From the NCBI GenBank assembly GCA_963763775.1, contig CAVXPZ010000003.1:64001-128000 (forward strand): DNA of 64,000 nucleotides. The letters are read 5' to 3'. Positions 1 to 10,228 of the stretch are shown here, one piece after another; position 1 is the first letter of the stretch; each line of letters begins with the position of its first letter. The stretch is from an uncultured Chloroflexia bacterium (GTDB lineage: Bacteria; Chloroflexota; Limnocylindria; Limnocylindrales; CSP1-4). The translations under genes and the position numbers were made by a program. The notes below the pieces were generated by a model that was not told where the DNA came from, searched no databases, and saw only the letters and a program-made list of their open reading frames with translations.

Positions 1-1133
1 TGACGCTGAACCTCGTCCTGCTCGCGTGGCGCCTCGTCGCGTCCGGCCAGGCGTTCCTCGACACGCGTCGCGCCGGGCCCACCGGCCGACTCGGCGTCAT
101 CGGGTTCGCCCTGATCGTCCTCGCGCTGCTGCTCCCGCACGTCGTGGTCTGGCGCTACGGGACGGTCGCCGGCGAGACGTTCGCGCGCGTCTTCGGCGGC
201 CAGGTCCTGAGCTCGACCGGCGAGGCCCGGACCGAGGCACGCCCGTCGCCGGGCGACACGGAGCGGATCAACGTCCTGCTCGTCGGCGTCGATTCGACCA
301 AGACGCGGACCGAGACGCTGACCGACACGATGATGGTCGTGTCGCTCGACCCGGTCGGCCACACGGTCTCGATGGTGTCCCTGCCGCGCGACATCGTGAA
401 CATCCCATTGGGCAACGGCGACATCTACGGCCCCAAGCTCAACTCGCTGATGTCCTACGCGGACCGCCACCCGGACGAGTTCCCGAAGGGCGGCATGACG
501 ACGCTCGAGGACGCCGTGGGCGCCCTCCTCGGCATCCCGATCTCGTACTACGCCCGACTCGACTTCAAGGGGTTCGTGCACATGGTCGATTCCGTGGGCG
601 GCGTCGACATCAAGGTGAAGAAGGACCTCGACGACCCGGGCTACGACGGCTACGGCCTCGGCGAGAAGGGCTTCTCGCTCACGAAGGGCACGCACCACCT
701 CGACGGCGCGCAGGCTCTCGCCTACGCCCGGATCCGCAAGGCGGTCGGGGAGAGCGACTTCACGCGGGCCGACCGGCAGCAGCAGATCCTCGTGGCGCTC
801 AAGGACCAGGCGACGAGCGGTGGCAGCATCCTCTTCGAGCTCCCCGGGCTGATGGAGGCGGTCGGCGAGACGGTGAAATCCGACATCCCCTCCGACCGGC
901 TCCCGGACCTCGCCGCGATCATGGACGAGATGAAGGCCAAGTCGGTCACGCGCGCCGTCATCAACCACCCGCTCGTCGACACGCGGAACACGCGATACGG
1001 GTCGTCGCTCGTCCCGGATGTGAAGGCGATCCGGGCGATGGCCGCGGCGCTCTTCTCGACGCCCGGCACGGCGCCGGTCCCGTGGCCGACGCCGGAGCCG
1101 ACGCCGAAGCCGACCGGGTCGTCCGCGCCCTAG
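1..1133 (+). CDS. LCP (LytR-CpsA-Psr) family glycopolymer transferase, 5'-truncated by window edge
   Basis: Frame open from base 3 with TM segments; motifs NVLLVGVD, TDTMMVVSLD, VSLPRD, LDGAQALAYARIR, DFTRADRQQQIL. Confidence 0.93.
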   Translation, partial: TLNLVLLAWRLVASGQAFLDTRRAGPTGRLGVIGFALIVLALLLPHVVVWRYGTVAGETFARVFGGQVLSSTGEARTEARPSPGDTERINVLLVGVDSTKTRTETLTDTMMVVSLDPVGHTVSMVSLPRDIVNIPLGNGDIYGPKLNSLMSYADRHPDEFPKGGMTTLEDAVGALLGIPISYYARLDFKGFVHMVDSVGGVDIKVKKDLDDPGYDGYGLGEKGFSLTKGTHHLDGAQALAYARIRKAVGESDFTRADRQQQILVALKDQATSGGSILFELPGLMEAVGETVKSDIPSDRLPDLAAIMDEMKAKSVTRAVINHPLVDTRNTRYGSSLVPDVKAIRAMAAALFSTPGTAPVPWPTPEPTPKPTGSSAP

Positions 1134-1143
1134 CGGTCCGGCC

Positions 1144-1776
1144 CTAGAACCCGAGCGCGCGCAACCGCGGCGTCATGCGCCGCGCGGCCCGTGCCCGGTG
1201 CGAGATCGCGTGCTTCTCCGTCGCGGTCCAGAGGCCGAGGGTCCGTCCGCCCGGCGGCTCGGATGCGGGCTCGAAGATCGGGTCGTACCCGAACCCGCCG
1301 GTCCCGCGGGGCTCCGTGGCGATCCGGCCGCGACACGTGCCGCGCGTCGCGGTCAGCGGCAGACCGCCTCGCGGGCCGGTCGACGCGGGCAGGGCCAGCG
1401 CGAGGACGCAGACGTACCGGGCGCCGCGTCGCTCGGGCGGCAGGCCGGCGAGCGCGCCGAGCAGCTTCTCGTTGTTCTCCGTGTCGGTGGCGTCCTCGCC
1501 GGCATACCGTCGGGTCCTGACGCCCGGGCCGCCGCCGAGGGCCTCCACCTCGATCCCGGAGTCGTCGGCGAGCGTCGGCAGGCCGCTCGCCCGGGCCCCG
1601 AACCGGGCCTTGATCGCCGCGTTCGCCACGAAGGTCGCGCCGTCCTCGACGGGGTCGCCCGGGATGCCGAGCTCCTCGAGGGAGACGAGCTCGCCGCGAT
1701 CGAGCTCGAGGAGCTCGCGAAGCTCGCGCAGCTTGTGCTCGGACCGGGACGCGACCAGCAGCCGCGGCCGGGTCAC
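1144..1776 (-). CDS. rdgB: Non-canonical purine NTP pyrophosphatase (HAM1/RdgB)
   Basis: GTG at 1776 overlaps rph stop; motifs [45 protein letters not shown]. Confidence 0.95.
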   Translation of the reverse strand: MTRPRLLVASRSEHKLRELRELLELDRGELVSLEELGIPGDPVEDGATFVANAAIKARFGARASGLPTLADDSGIEVEALGGGPGVRTRRYAGEDATDTENNEKLLGALAGLPPERRGARYVCVLALALPASTGPRGGLPLTATRGTCRGRIATEPRGTGGFGYDPIFEPASEPPGGRTLGLWTATEKHAISHRARAARRMTPRLRALGF

Positions 1777-2510
1777 CGCCGGACGGTGGCGAGGACCGCG
1801 GCCTGCGCCTCGAACAGCCGGGCGAGGCCGGCATCGGCCAGGTCGATCAGGCCGTTGGCGGCGATCCGGTCGAAGGGCTTGCCCTCGGCCGTGCCCTGGA
1901 GCTCGACGTACGCGCCGCCGTCCGTGCCGACGACGTTGAAGTCGACGTCCGCGCGGGAGTCCTCGGAGTAGTCGAGGTCGAGCAGCGGGAGGCCGTCCAC
2001 GAGGCCCACGGAGACGGCCGCGACCTTGCCGACGAGGTGCCGGTCGAGGCCGTAGGTGATCAGCGCGGCCGCGAGGGCCACGTAGCCACCGGTGATCGAC
2101 GCGGTCCGTGTGCCGCCGTCCGCCTGGAGGACGTCGCAGTCGATGGTGACGGTCCGCTCGCCGAGCTTCGTCAGGTCGACGACGCCCCGCAGCGACCGGC
2201 CGATGAGCCGCTGGATCTCGTGCGTCCGGCCGCCGATCCGGCCCTTGGCGGACTCGCGGTCGGTGCGCTCCGCCGTGGCCCGCGGCAGCATCGAGTACTC
2301 CGCGGTCACCCAGCCGGTGCCCTTCCCGCGGAGGTGGGGCGGGACGCGGTCCGCGATCGTCGCCGCGCACAGGACCTCGGTGTCGCCCATCTTCACGCGG
2401 CACGACCCCTCGGCCCACTTCTGGACACCGAGCGTGAAGCTGATGGGCCGGAGGTCGCCGGGCCCGCGGCCGTCCGCGCGGACCGTGGCCGGTCGATTGC
2501 CGATCGTCAT
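1773..2510 (-). CDS. rph: Ribonuclease PH
   Basis: [66 protein letters not shown]; ATGA overlap with mazG stop. Confidence 0.97.
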   Translation of the reverse strand: MTIGNRPATVRADGRGPGDLRPISFTLGVQKWAEGSCRVKMGDTEVLCAATIADRVPPHLRGKGTGWVTAEYSMLPRATAERTDRESAKGRIGGRTHEIQRLIGRSLRGVVDLTKLGERTVTIDCDVLQADGGTRTASITGGYVALAAALITYGLDRHLVGKVAAVSVGLVDGLPLLDLDYSEDSRADVDFNVVGTDGGAYVELQGTAEGKPFDRIAANGLIDLADAGLARLFEAQAAVLATVRR

Positions 2511-3667
2511 GTCGTGGCTCGCTCCTCCGCCTTGGCGGCATCCCATAGGGCATCGAGGGCCGGGAAATCCAGCTCCCGAAGGGCGACCCCCTGATCGGCG
2601 GCCGCACGTTCGACATGGTTGAAGCGCCGGCGGAACTTCGCATTCGCCGCGCGCATCGCCGCCTCGGCATCGACGCCGCGCTTCCGCGCGACGTTGACGA
2701 GGACGAACAGGAGGTCGCCGAACTCCTCGGTCCAGCCGGGATCGTCGCCCGCCGCATCCGCCGCCCGCAGCTCCTCGGTCTCCTCGATGACCTTGTCGAG
2801 CACGCCGTCGATCGACGGCCAGTCATACCCGATGTGCGCCGCCCGCTCCTGCATCTCCAGGCTCGCCGCCAGCGCGGGCAGCGACGGGCTGATCCCGTCG
2901 AGGGCGCTCTTCGTCGCGGCGGTCTCGCCCGCGTCGGCACGTTCCGACGCCTTGATCCGCTCCCACTGCCGGTTCACGTCCATGGCCGTGGCGGCCTCGG
3001 CGTCGCCGAAGACGTGCGGGTGGCGGCGGACGATCTTCGTGGCGAGGGTCGCCTCGACGTCGGTCAGGTCGAAGATGCCCTCCTCGGCGGCGAGCTGCGC
3101 GTGGAGGACGACCTGGAGCAGGAGGTCGCCGAGCTCCTCGGCGAGGTCCGGCGTGGCGCCGTGCTCGAGCGCGTCGTAGACCTCGTACGCCTCCTCGAGC
3201 AGGTGGCTGCGCAGGGTCAGGTGGGTCTGCTCGCGGTCCCACGGGCAGCCGTCGGGCTCGCGCAGCCGGGCGCTGATCCACGGCATCGACCACGGACCGC
3301 CGACGGCCGCCTCGGGGGCGAGCGGCGCCACGTACAGCGGACCGCCGGTCAGGTCCGCGTCGGTGAGCGTCGCGATGGCGAGGGGCTCGGCGGCACCGAA
3401 GCGGCCGACCGGATGCGCGGCCGGGTACAGGCGGGCCAGGACGGCGAGGGCGTCCCGGCCGGCCGGACCGTGGCGGCCGGGCAGCGGTCGTGGCGCGTCC
3501 GTCGGGCCGCCGCCGCCCGGGACGAGGATGGCCAGCGGCACCAGCAGGAGCGGCCGCGACGGCTCGACGGGCGTGCTGACGATCCGCTCGGCCGCCACGA
3601 CCTGGACCCCGGCCGAGGCATCGAGGCCCCACCGCAGTCGGGCCTCGGCGAGGAGCGCGTCGAGCAC
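2507..3667 (-). CDS. mazG: MazG nucleoside triphosphate pyrophosphohydrolase with N-terminal extension (YabN-like)
   Basis: [33 protein letters not shown], second domain EEFGDLLF and ANAKFRRRF; GGAGG RBS before GTG. Confidence 0.93.
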   Translation of the reverse strand: MLDALLAEARLRWGLDASAGVQVVAAERIVSTPVEPSRPLLLVPLAILVPGGGGPTDAPRPLPGRHGPAGRDALAVLARLYPAAHPVGRFGAAEPLAIATLTDADLTGGPLYVAPLAPEAAVGGPWSMPWISARLREPDGCPWDREQTHLTLRSHLLEEAYEVYDALEHGATPDLAEELGDLLLQVVLHAQLAAEEGIFDLTDVEATLATKIVRRHPHVFGDAEAATAMDVNRQWERIKASERADAGETAATKSALDGISPSLPALAASLEMQERAAHIGYDWPSIDGVLDKVIEETEELRAADAAGDDPGWTEEFGDLLFVLVNVARKRGVDAEAAMRAANAKFRRRFNHVERAAADQGVALRELDFPALDALWDAAKAEERATT

Positions 3668-3679
3668 GACGTCCTCCGT

Positions 3680-5440
3680 CTAGTTCGTCGTGGCGCCCGT
3701 GATCGACGGGTCACGCTCGATGGTGGCGGCCGTCTTCTTGAGCGAGTACCACGTCGTGAACGCCGACGACTTGATGTCGTCGAGCTGGCGGCCCACCGGG
3801 GTCCGCGTCTCCTCGGCGAAGACCTTGAAGAGGTAGACGCCGTCCTTCGTCGTGTCCCCGTCGGCGATCGTGACGATGTCGCTCGTCTTGCCGATCGGCG
3901 CCGCGAAGATCGCGGTCGTCAGCCGCTCGTCGAGCTCGCCCTTGGCGATGAACCCGAGGTCGCCGCCACGACCCGCCGTGGTCGCTTCGGAGTTGTCGCG
4001 GGCGAGCGCCGCGAAGTCCGCGCCGCCGTCGGCCTGCGTCTTGAGCTCGGCGATGCGCTGCGCGTCCGTCGGCTTGTACATGACCTGGATGACATGCCAG
4101 CCGAAGGCCGACTTGACCGGCGCGAGGAGCGAACCCGGGCCGAGGCCCGGCTTCAGGATCGCGCCGAGGAAGGCCTCGTCGACCTGGCTCGTCGAGTCGA
4201 AGTACGGGAGCTTGCCACCGGTCCCGGTGACGCCCCGCGCGCTGGTCTCGTCGCTCTCGGCCCGAGCGATCGAGTCGAAGAGGGTCGGATCGGCCTTGAT
4301 CTTGTCGTAGGCGGCCTGGGCGTCGGCCTGCGCCGTGGCCCAGGAGGGGTCGTCGGCCGGGATCGTGCCGTCGGATGCGCCGGACGGATCGTCCTTGGGC
4401 GAGTACAGGATGTGGCGCACCTTGATGCTGTCCGCCACCGGGTCCGTGTCGGGCTTCCGGATCCAGATCTCGCTCACCTGCCGTTGCGGTCCCGCCTTGG
4501 TGGCATCGGCCACGACCTGGTCCGCGAGCTTCTGGTGGATGACGTCCCCGGCGACGACGACCCGGTACTTGGCGAGGTCGATCCCGTCGTTCTGGAGCTT
4601 CTCGGTGTAGGCGCTGTCGACGGTCTCGGGGGCGATCTCGGTCACGCGGCCGATCCGGAAGATCCCGTCGGTGCCCTCGATGACGGCGGTCGGGGTGTTC
4701 ACGTCCGCCGCGAAGATCGCCTCCAGGTACGGCTCGTCCGCCTGGCTGTCGGCGCGCGCGATCCAGCCGAGGTCACCGGCCTGCGGCGCGCTCGACGCGT
4801 CCGTCGAGACGGTCTTGGCGACCTGGTCCCAGGCCTTGCCGCTCTGGAGGTCCTTGAGCGCGGCGTCGGCCGTGGCCTTCGCGGCCTGCTTCTGGGCGTC
4901 GGTCGGCTCGATCGCCCCCGGGTCCGTGGCCGGCTGGACCTCGATGACCCAGGCGTGGCGCTGTTCCTTGGTGGTCGCCTCGGTCACCAGCTGGGCGTCG
5001 ACGTCCCCCGGCGTGGCGGTGATCCCCTGCTGGGCCGCCAGCTCGCCCTGGAGCTTCGTATCGATGAGGCGTTCGAGCGTGATGGCGGGCAGCTGGTTGC
5101 GCTGCTGATCGACCACGGACTGCTGCGTCGACGCCTGCGCATCCGTCAGCCGGCCGGCGACGTTGAGGCTCCGGATCTGCCGCTCCGCTTCGTCGAGGCG
5201 CCAGGTCTCGATCGCATATCGGTCGGCGAAGTCGTCCTTGCTGATGCTCTGGCCGTCGACGCTCCCCACCGAGGCGAGGTGCGAGTTGTACCAGGACAGG
5301 CCTGCGGCGATCACGAGGATGAGGACCGCGGCGAGGACGACGAGGCCGAAGCCCAGGTTGAGATAGAAGTTCCGTCGATCCTGGCTCTCCCACGAGGGGC
5401 GATGGTCGCGCTTGACGACGGGCTTGGCTCGGAAGGTCAT
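3680..5440 (-). CDS. Membrane-anchored SurA/PrsA-like peptidyl-prolyl isomerase (parvulin domains)
   Basis: N-terminal TM helix, VGSVDGQSISKDDF, and parvulin motifs GDLGWI, VRHIL...PVKSAFGWHVI, FAALARDNS...GGDLGFI. Confidence 0.85.
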   Translation of the reverse strand: MTFRAKPVVKRDHRPSWESQDRRNFYLNLGFGLVVLAAVLILVIAAGLSWYNSHLASVGSVDGQSISKDDFADRYAIETWRLDEAERQIRSLNVAGRLTDAQASTQQSVVDQQRNQLPAITLERLIDTKLQGELAAQQGITATPGDVDAQLVTEATTKEQRHAWVIEVQPATDPGAIEPTDAQKQAAKATADAALKDLQSGKAWDQVAKTVSTDASSAPQAGDLGWIARADSQADEPYLEAIFAADVNTPTAVIEGTDGIFRIGRVTEIAPETVDSAYTEKLQNDGIDLAKYRVVVAGDVIHQKLADQVVADATKAGPQRQVSEIWIRKPDTDPVADSIKVRHILYSPKDDPSGASDGTIPADDPSWATAQADAQAAYDKIKADPTLFDSIARAESDETSARGVTGTGGKLPYFDSTSQVDEAFLGAILKPGLGPGSLLAPVKSAFGWHVIQVMYKPTDAQRIAELKTQADGGADFAALARDNSEATTAGRGGDLGFIAKGELDERLTTAIFAAPIGKTSDIVTIADGDTTKDGVYLFKVFAEETRTPVGRQLDDIKSSAFTTWYSLKKTAATIERDPSITGATTN

Positions 5441-5522
5441 GTGAAGGATGGATCCTGTGACATGGTCGGCATGGCCGGCTCTCGCCGGTGGGCAATGGGG
5501 CGCGTATCGTACCGCACCCTCG

Positions 5523-6677
5523 TCAGAGGGCCGGGAGGACGATCCGGTCGACGAATCGCTCGGTCGCATGCCCGTCGGCGATCTCGAACGAGGCGGCGCG
5601 GAAGGCCGCGACGCGGTCCAGGTCGAACCGCCCGGCGCGCAGGTACGCCGCGAGCGGCTCGGTGGTCTCGAAGATCGGCCCGGGGACCCCGGTCCGGTAG
5701 TCGAAGTAGAACCCTCGTTCGCGCTCGTAGGACTCGTAGTCGGGCGCGAAGAACACCATCGGCCGGCCGAGCAGCGAGTACTCGAAGATGACGCTCGAGT
5801 AGTCCGTGATGACGAGGTCGCTGACGAGCAGGAGCTCGTTGATGTCGGGGTGGTCGGAGACGTCGATGGCGAACCCGCCGAGCTCGGGGCCGAGCGGCGC
5901 GCTCGCCCGGATGAACGGGTGGAGCCGGACGAGGACGACGTGGTCGTCGCCCAGCCGGTCGCGCATCAGACGCAGGTCGAGGTCGTCCGCGAACCGCGCG
6001 GTCGTGCCGTGCTCGCCACGGAAGGTCGGGGCGTAGAGGACCACGGTCTTTCCCTCGGGGATCGCGTACCGCCGCCGGATCGCGGCCGTCGTCGCGGCGA
6101 TGCGCTCGTCACCGAAGAGGACGTCCGTGCGCGGGATCCCGAGGTCCGCCCGGAAGCGCTCGATCGGCTGGTGGAACGCGTCCATGTAGGCCGGCGCCGC
6201 GGACATCGACGCCAGCAGGCATACCGTGTAGTTGCTGTGGATGCGGACGCGCGAGGTGAGGTCTTCGTCCGCCCCGAAGGCCTTGTCGACGACGCTGTAG
6301 CCGACCTTCTTGAACGCGCCGCACGCGTGCCACGTCTGGACGATGGTCGTGCCGGGCCGGGGCGTCACCACGTAGATCGGGAAGTAGTAGTCGTCCACGA
6401 CGAAGACGGTCGCGGTGGCGAGGTGGTAGGCGGCCCGCACGACCTGCCATGCGGCCCCGACCTTCGCGCGCCAGCCCGGCGCCAGCCGATGCGCGAGCAC
6501 GACGACGGGGACCGGCGGCCGGCGGCGCGCCAGCTCGTCGCGGATGATGGCCAGGTTGCCGCCGAGCCGGTCCGCGTGGGCCGTCGCGAGGACGACGCGA
6601 TGCCGGCGGGGCAGATGGCGAGCGATCGCGAAGGTCGCGCGGACGAGGATGATCCGCAGCGTGACGACGGGGCTCAC
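5523..6677 (-). CDS. CDP-glycerol/ribitol glycerophosphotransferase (TagF/TarB/TarL family)
   Basis: QTWHACGAFKKVG, LGIPRTD, LYAPTFRG, RLHP, ITDYSSVIFEY, RGFYFDY, DGHATER. Confidence 0.92.
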   Translation of the reverse strand: MSPVVTLRIILVRATFAIARHLPRRHRVVLATAHADRLGGNLAIIRDELARRRPPVPVVVLAHRLAPGWRAKVGAAWQVVRAAYHLATATVFVVDDYYFPIYVVTPRPGTTIVQTWHACGAFKKVGYSVVDKAFGADEDLTSRVRIHSNYTVCLLASMSAAPAYMDAFHQPIERFRADLGIPRTDVLFGDERIAATTAAIRRRYAIPEGKTVVLYAPTFRGEHGTTARFADDLDLRLMRDRLGDDHVVLVRLHPFIRASAPLGPELGGFAIDVSDHPDINELLLVSDLVITDYSSVIFEYSLLGRPMVFFAPDYESYERERGFYFDYRTGVPGPIFETTEPLAAYLRAGRFDLDRVAAFRAASFEIADGHATERFVDRIVLPAL

Positions 6678-6780
6678 CGCGCCGATGATACCGGCTGGGT
6701 CCCGCGCGGTCGGTTTCGACGTAGGCTAGGCGGGCCCACGCGCGATGGATGACATCGGGCGACGACGCAGGGAGGACGCG

Positions 6781-7467
6781 ATGACGACCGGGATGATCGT
6801 GCTGGCCGGCGGGATCGGCAAGCGGATCGGGCGACCGTTCCCCAAGCAGTTCCTCCTGCTGGGCGGCAAGCCCCTGATCATCCACGTCCTCGAGAAGGCC
6901 CGGGCCATCCCCGAGATCGAGCGGGTGGTCATCACGTGCCCCGAAGCCCATCTTGAGGCGACGCGCGAGCTCATCGCCAACCACCGGCTCGGCGACAAGG
7001 CCGAGTGCATCGTCGGTGGCTCCTCACGGCAGGAGTCGGTCTACCTGGGGTTGCTCGCGCTGGGCGGCCTGGACTCGGTCATCGTCCATGAGGCGGTCCG
7101 ACCGCTCGTGACCACCGCCGAGTTCCGGGTCCTGATCGAGACCGAGGACGAGAACGCGATGTACGGCATCCCGATCCCGTTCACCGTCCTCAAGGGCCAC
7201 GGCTACGTGGAAGGGTTGCTGGAGCGGGACGAGCTCGTGAACGTCCAGCTCCCGCAGAAGTTCCACCTCGGGAAGCTGCTCGCGGCCCACGAGGCGGCGC
7301 GCCGCGACGGCGCGCTCTTCACCGAGGATGCCGGCCTGTTCTTCCAGTACGCCGGCGAGCCGGTGCGGATCCTTCCCGGCTCGGACCAGAACATCAAGAT
7401 CACCGTGCCGACCGACACGGTGACCGCCGAGGCGATCTACGCCGACGTCCTCGGCCGCGGGGCGTGA
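6781..7467 (+). CDS. tarI: IspD/TarI family cytidylyltransferase, probably CDP-alditol forming
   Basis: LAGGIGKR...PKQFL, GGSSRQESV, HEAVRP, VQLPQKF, TEDAG, NIKITVPTD; GGAGG RBS; teichoic-acid context favours TarI over IspD. Confidence 0.75.
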   Translation: MTTGMIVLAGGIGKRIGRPFPKQFLLLGGKPLIIHVLEKARAIPEIERVVITCPEAHLEATRELIANHRLGDKAECIVGGSSRQESVYLGLLALGGLDSVIVHEAVRPLVTTAEFRVLIETEDENAMYGIPIPFTVLKGHGYVEGLLERDELVNVQLPQKFHLGKLLAAHEAARRDGALFTEDAGLFFQYAGEPVRILPGSDQNIKITVPTDTVTAEAIYADVLGRGA

Positions 7468-8174
7468 CCGTGGGCAGGACCGTCATCGTCACGGGCGCGA
7501 GCCAGGGGATCGGGCGGGCCGCCGCGGTCCGGATGGCCCAGGAGCCGTCCGTCTCGACCGTCGTGCTGGTCGCCCGGAATGCCGCCGGTCTGCAGGAGAC
7601 CGCCGCGGCGATCGACCCGACGGACGCGGCGACCCGGTGCATCCCCTACGACCTCGCCGACCTGGACGGCATCCCGGACCTGGTCGCGGGGATCTCCGAC
7701 GAGTTCGGGCAGCTCGACGTCCTGCTCAACATCGCCGGCTACGCCGAGCCGAAGGCGCTCCTCGACACCACGTCGGAGAACCTCGTCACGACCTTCACGA
7801 TCAACGTGTTCGCGATGCTCCTGCTGACCCGGGAGTTCGTGCGGTTCGCGCAGGGCCACCCGGCGAAGATCCTCAACATCGCCTCGACCGCGGGGATCAC
7901 CTCGCGGCCGGGCTGGGTCGCCTATGCCGCATCCAAGGCCGCGGTGGTGTCGCTGTCGCAGACGCTGGCCGACGAGCTCGCCGGCACGGGGATCAAGGTC
8001 TACAGCATCTCGCCGGGCCGGACCGCGACGGACCTGCGCCGGATCCTGGCGCCCGACGAGGACCTCAGCAAGATCATGCAGCCGACGGCGGTCGCCGACG
8101 TCATCGCGTCGCTCATGCGCGACGAGGAGCGGACCCTCGACGGCCAGAACATCATCGTCCGCCAGCAGATCTGA
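7464..8174 (+). CDS. SDR family oxidoreductase (candidate alditol-phosphate-forming reductase)
   Basis: TGASQGIG, NIAG, catalytic YAASK, ISPGRT; GTGA-coupled to tarI. Confidence 0.9.
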   Translation: MTVGRTVIVTGASQGIGRAAAVRMAQEPSVSTVVLVARNAAGLQETAAAIDPTDAATRCIPYDLADLDGIPDLVAGISDEFGQLDVLLNIAGYAEPKALLDTTSENLVTTFTINVFAMLLLTREFVRFAQGHPAKILNIASTAGITSRPGWVAYAASKAAVVSLSQTLADELAGTGIKVYSISPGRTATDLRRILAPDEDLSKIMQPTAVADVIASLMRDEERTLDGQNIIVRQQI

Positions 8175-8180
8175 CGGCGG

Positions 8181-9323
8181 GTGACTCGGCTCGAATACCT
8201 CCTCGCGAGCACGCTGCTCCGGGTCGTGGCCCTCGTGGCCTCGATCCGGCCGGTGGACCCGGACCGGGTCGTGCTCGCGACGGCGCGCGTGCCGGTGCTC
8301 GACGGCAACCTCGCCTACGTCGACGCCGCGATGCGCGCGGCGCATCCGGAGCGACGCTACGTCCATCTGCTCGAGCCGTACAGCTACGGCCTCCGCGGAC
8401 GCCTCGCCTATCTCGTCCGGCTCGTCCGCGGGATGTACCACCTGCGGACCGCCGGCCTGTTCATCGTCGACAACGCGTACCTGCCGATCCACGTGGGACC
8501 GCACCGTCGCGGGACCACCGTGGTGCAGCTCTGGCACGCGGTCGGGGCGCTCAAGCGGTTCGGTGTCGACATGACGCGGCCGCTGGCCGAACCCGAGCGG
8601 ACGTTCCTGCATCGCTACTACGACTACGTCGTCGTCCCAGCCGAGGGGACCCGCGCCCCGTATGCGGCGGCCCTGCGGACGCCCGTCGAGCACGTCCTGG
8701 CCCTGGGGGCGCCGCGCACGGACTTCTTCTTCGACGATACCGCGATGGCGGCTGCCCGGCGCCGCCTGCTGACCGCGCATCCGACCCTCGCCGGTCGCAC
8801 GGTCGTGCTCGTCGCGCCGACGTTCCGCGGCCGCGGCCGCGAGAAGCGGGCCGGCGAGGGGTTCGACGCCGTCCGGATCCGCGCGGCGCTGCCTGAGGGC
8901 CACGCGCTCGTCCTCAAGACGCACCCGAACCTCGACCCGGCGGCCACGCCGCGCGACGGGTACGACGTGGTGGCCGAGCCCGCGTCGGAGATGAACGACT
9001 GGCTGGCGCTGGCGGACATCCTGGTGACCGACTACTCGTCGTCGATCTTCGAATGGGCGCTGCTTCGACGTCCCCTCGTCCTGTTCGTCCCCGACCTGGC
9101 CGAGTACGAGGCCGACCCCGGGCTCTACCTCGACTACCGGACCGAGATGATCGGCCGCCAGGTCGCCGACACGGACGGCGTCATCGCGGCCATCCGCGAC
9201 GGGTCCGTCGACCAGGCCGCGTACGACGCCTTCATCGAGCGACACATCGGTGTCGCGGACGGCCGGGCAAGTGCCCGATTCGTCGCCCGATTCCTCGCGA
9301 GGAGCCCGACCGGCCCTAGGTGA
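8181..9323 (+). CDS. CDP-glycerol/ribitol glycerophosphotransferase (TagB/TagF family)
   Basis: QLWHAVGALKRFG, LGAPRTD, APTFRG, KTHP, VTDYSSSIFEW, GLYLDY. Confidence 0.92.
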   Translation: MTRLEYLLASTLLRVVALVASIRPVDPDRVVLATARVPVLDGNLAYVDAAMRAAHPERRYVHLLEPYSYGLRGRLAYLVRLVRGMYHLRTAGLFIVDNAYLPIHVGPHRRGTTVVQLWHAVGALKRFGVDMTRPLAEPERTFLHRYYDYVVVPAEGTRAPYAAALRTPVEHVLALGAPRTDFFFDDTAMAAARRRLLTAHPTLAGRTVVLVAPTFRGRGREKRAGEGFDAVRIRAALPEGHALVLKTHPNLDPAATPRDGYDVVAEPASEMNDWLALADILVTDYSSSIFEWALLRRPLVLFVPDLAEYEADPGLYLDYRTEMIGRQVADTDGVIAAIRDGSVDQAAYDAFIERHIGVADGRASARFVARFLARSPTGPR

Positions 9324-9337
9324 TACCCTTCGCCGCG

Positions 9338-10228
9338 ATGTCCGCCACCACAGAAGTGCCCGGCGCGTTTCGGCACGCCGCGGGTGAACAAGGCCCGGTC
9401 GCCCTCGTCCGGGAAGGCATCGCGGACGTCCGATCCCGACAGCGCCTGGTGCGCTACCTCGTGTCCGCCGACATGCACAAGCGCGGCGCGGACACCCTGC
9501 TCGGAAACATCTGGTGGGTGCTGGACCCGCTGCTGCAGATGCTGGTCTACCTGATCTTCGTGACGATCATCACGAACCGGCAGCTCCCCGCCTATCCGCT
9601 CTTCATCTTCGCCGCGATCCTGCCCTGGAAGTGGTTCACCGCCTCCGTGGGCGATTCGACCGTGTCCGTCGTGTCGCAGGGCAACCTGATCAAGCAGATC
9701 GCCTTTCCCAAGATCGTGCTCCCGGTCTCGGCCACCACGGCCGGCGTGGTGGGGTTCACCTTCGGGTTGATCCCGCTCCTCGCCCTGATGCTCTTCTACC
9801 AGGACCGCATCACGATCTACCTGCTCTTCCTGCCGGTGATCGCCTTCGTCCAGTTCGTCTTCACGATGGGCATCTGCCTCCTCGTGGCGGCCGGCAACGT
9901 CTTCTTCCGCGACCTGGGCAACGTCTCGCGGCACATCCTCCGCCTCTGGTGGTTCCTGTCCCCAGGTCTCTACAGCCTCGCGACGGTCGGCGACATCGCG
10001 GTCTTCCACGACCACCCGTCGCTGAAGGTGTTCATGCAGCTGAACCCGTTCGCGATCCTGTTCGAGGCGTACCACGACGTCATCTACGGGACCACGCGCC
10101 CGCCCGGACCGCCGACGATGCCGAACCTCACCGCGCTCGCGATCCTGTTCGTGGTGAGCGTGTTCCTCCTCGGGCTCGGCATCTACGCGTTCAAGCGCCT
10201 CGAGCCGAACTTCGCGAAGGTCCTGTGA
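9338..10228 (+). CDS. tagG: ABC-2 polysaccharide/teichoic acid exporter permease (TagG/Wzm)
   Basis: LGNIWWVLDPLL, NLIKQIAFP, VFFRDL, LNPF; about 6 TM segments. Start 9338 preferred because TACCCT -10 lies 8 nt upstream. Confidence 0.85.
   Translation: MSATTEVPGAFRHAAGEQGPVALVREGIADVRSRQRLVRYLVSADMHKRGADTLLGNIWWVLDPLLQMLVYLIFVTIITNRQLPAYPLFIFAAILPWKWFTASVGDSTVSVVSQGNLIKQIAFPKIVLPVSATTAGVVGFTFGLIPLLALMLFYQDRITIYLLFLPVIAFVQFVFTMGICLLVAAGNVFFRDLGNVSRHILRLWWFLSPGLYSLATVGDIAVFHDHPSLKVFMQLNPFAILFEAYHDVIYGTTRPPGPPTMPNLTALAILFVVSVFLLGLGIYAFKRLEPNFAKVL

Noticed and set aside
2615-5791. Long antisense or alternate-frame ORFs (e.g. 1058 aa here, 35393..37750, 50047..52449)
   Set aside because: Shadow ORFs expected in very GC-rich DNA; Arg/Gly-rich, without motifs, and overlapping well-supported genes.
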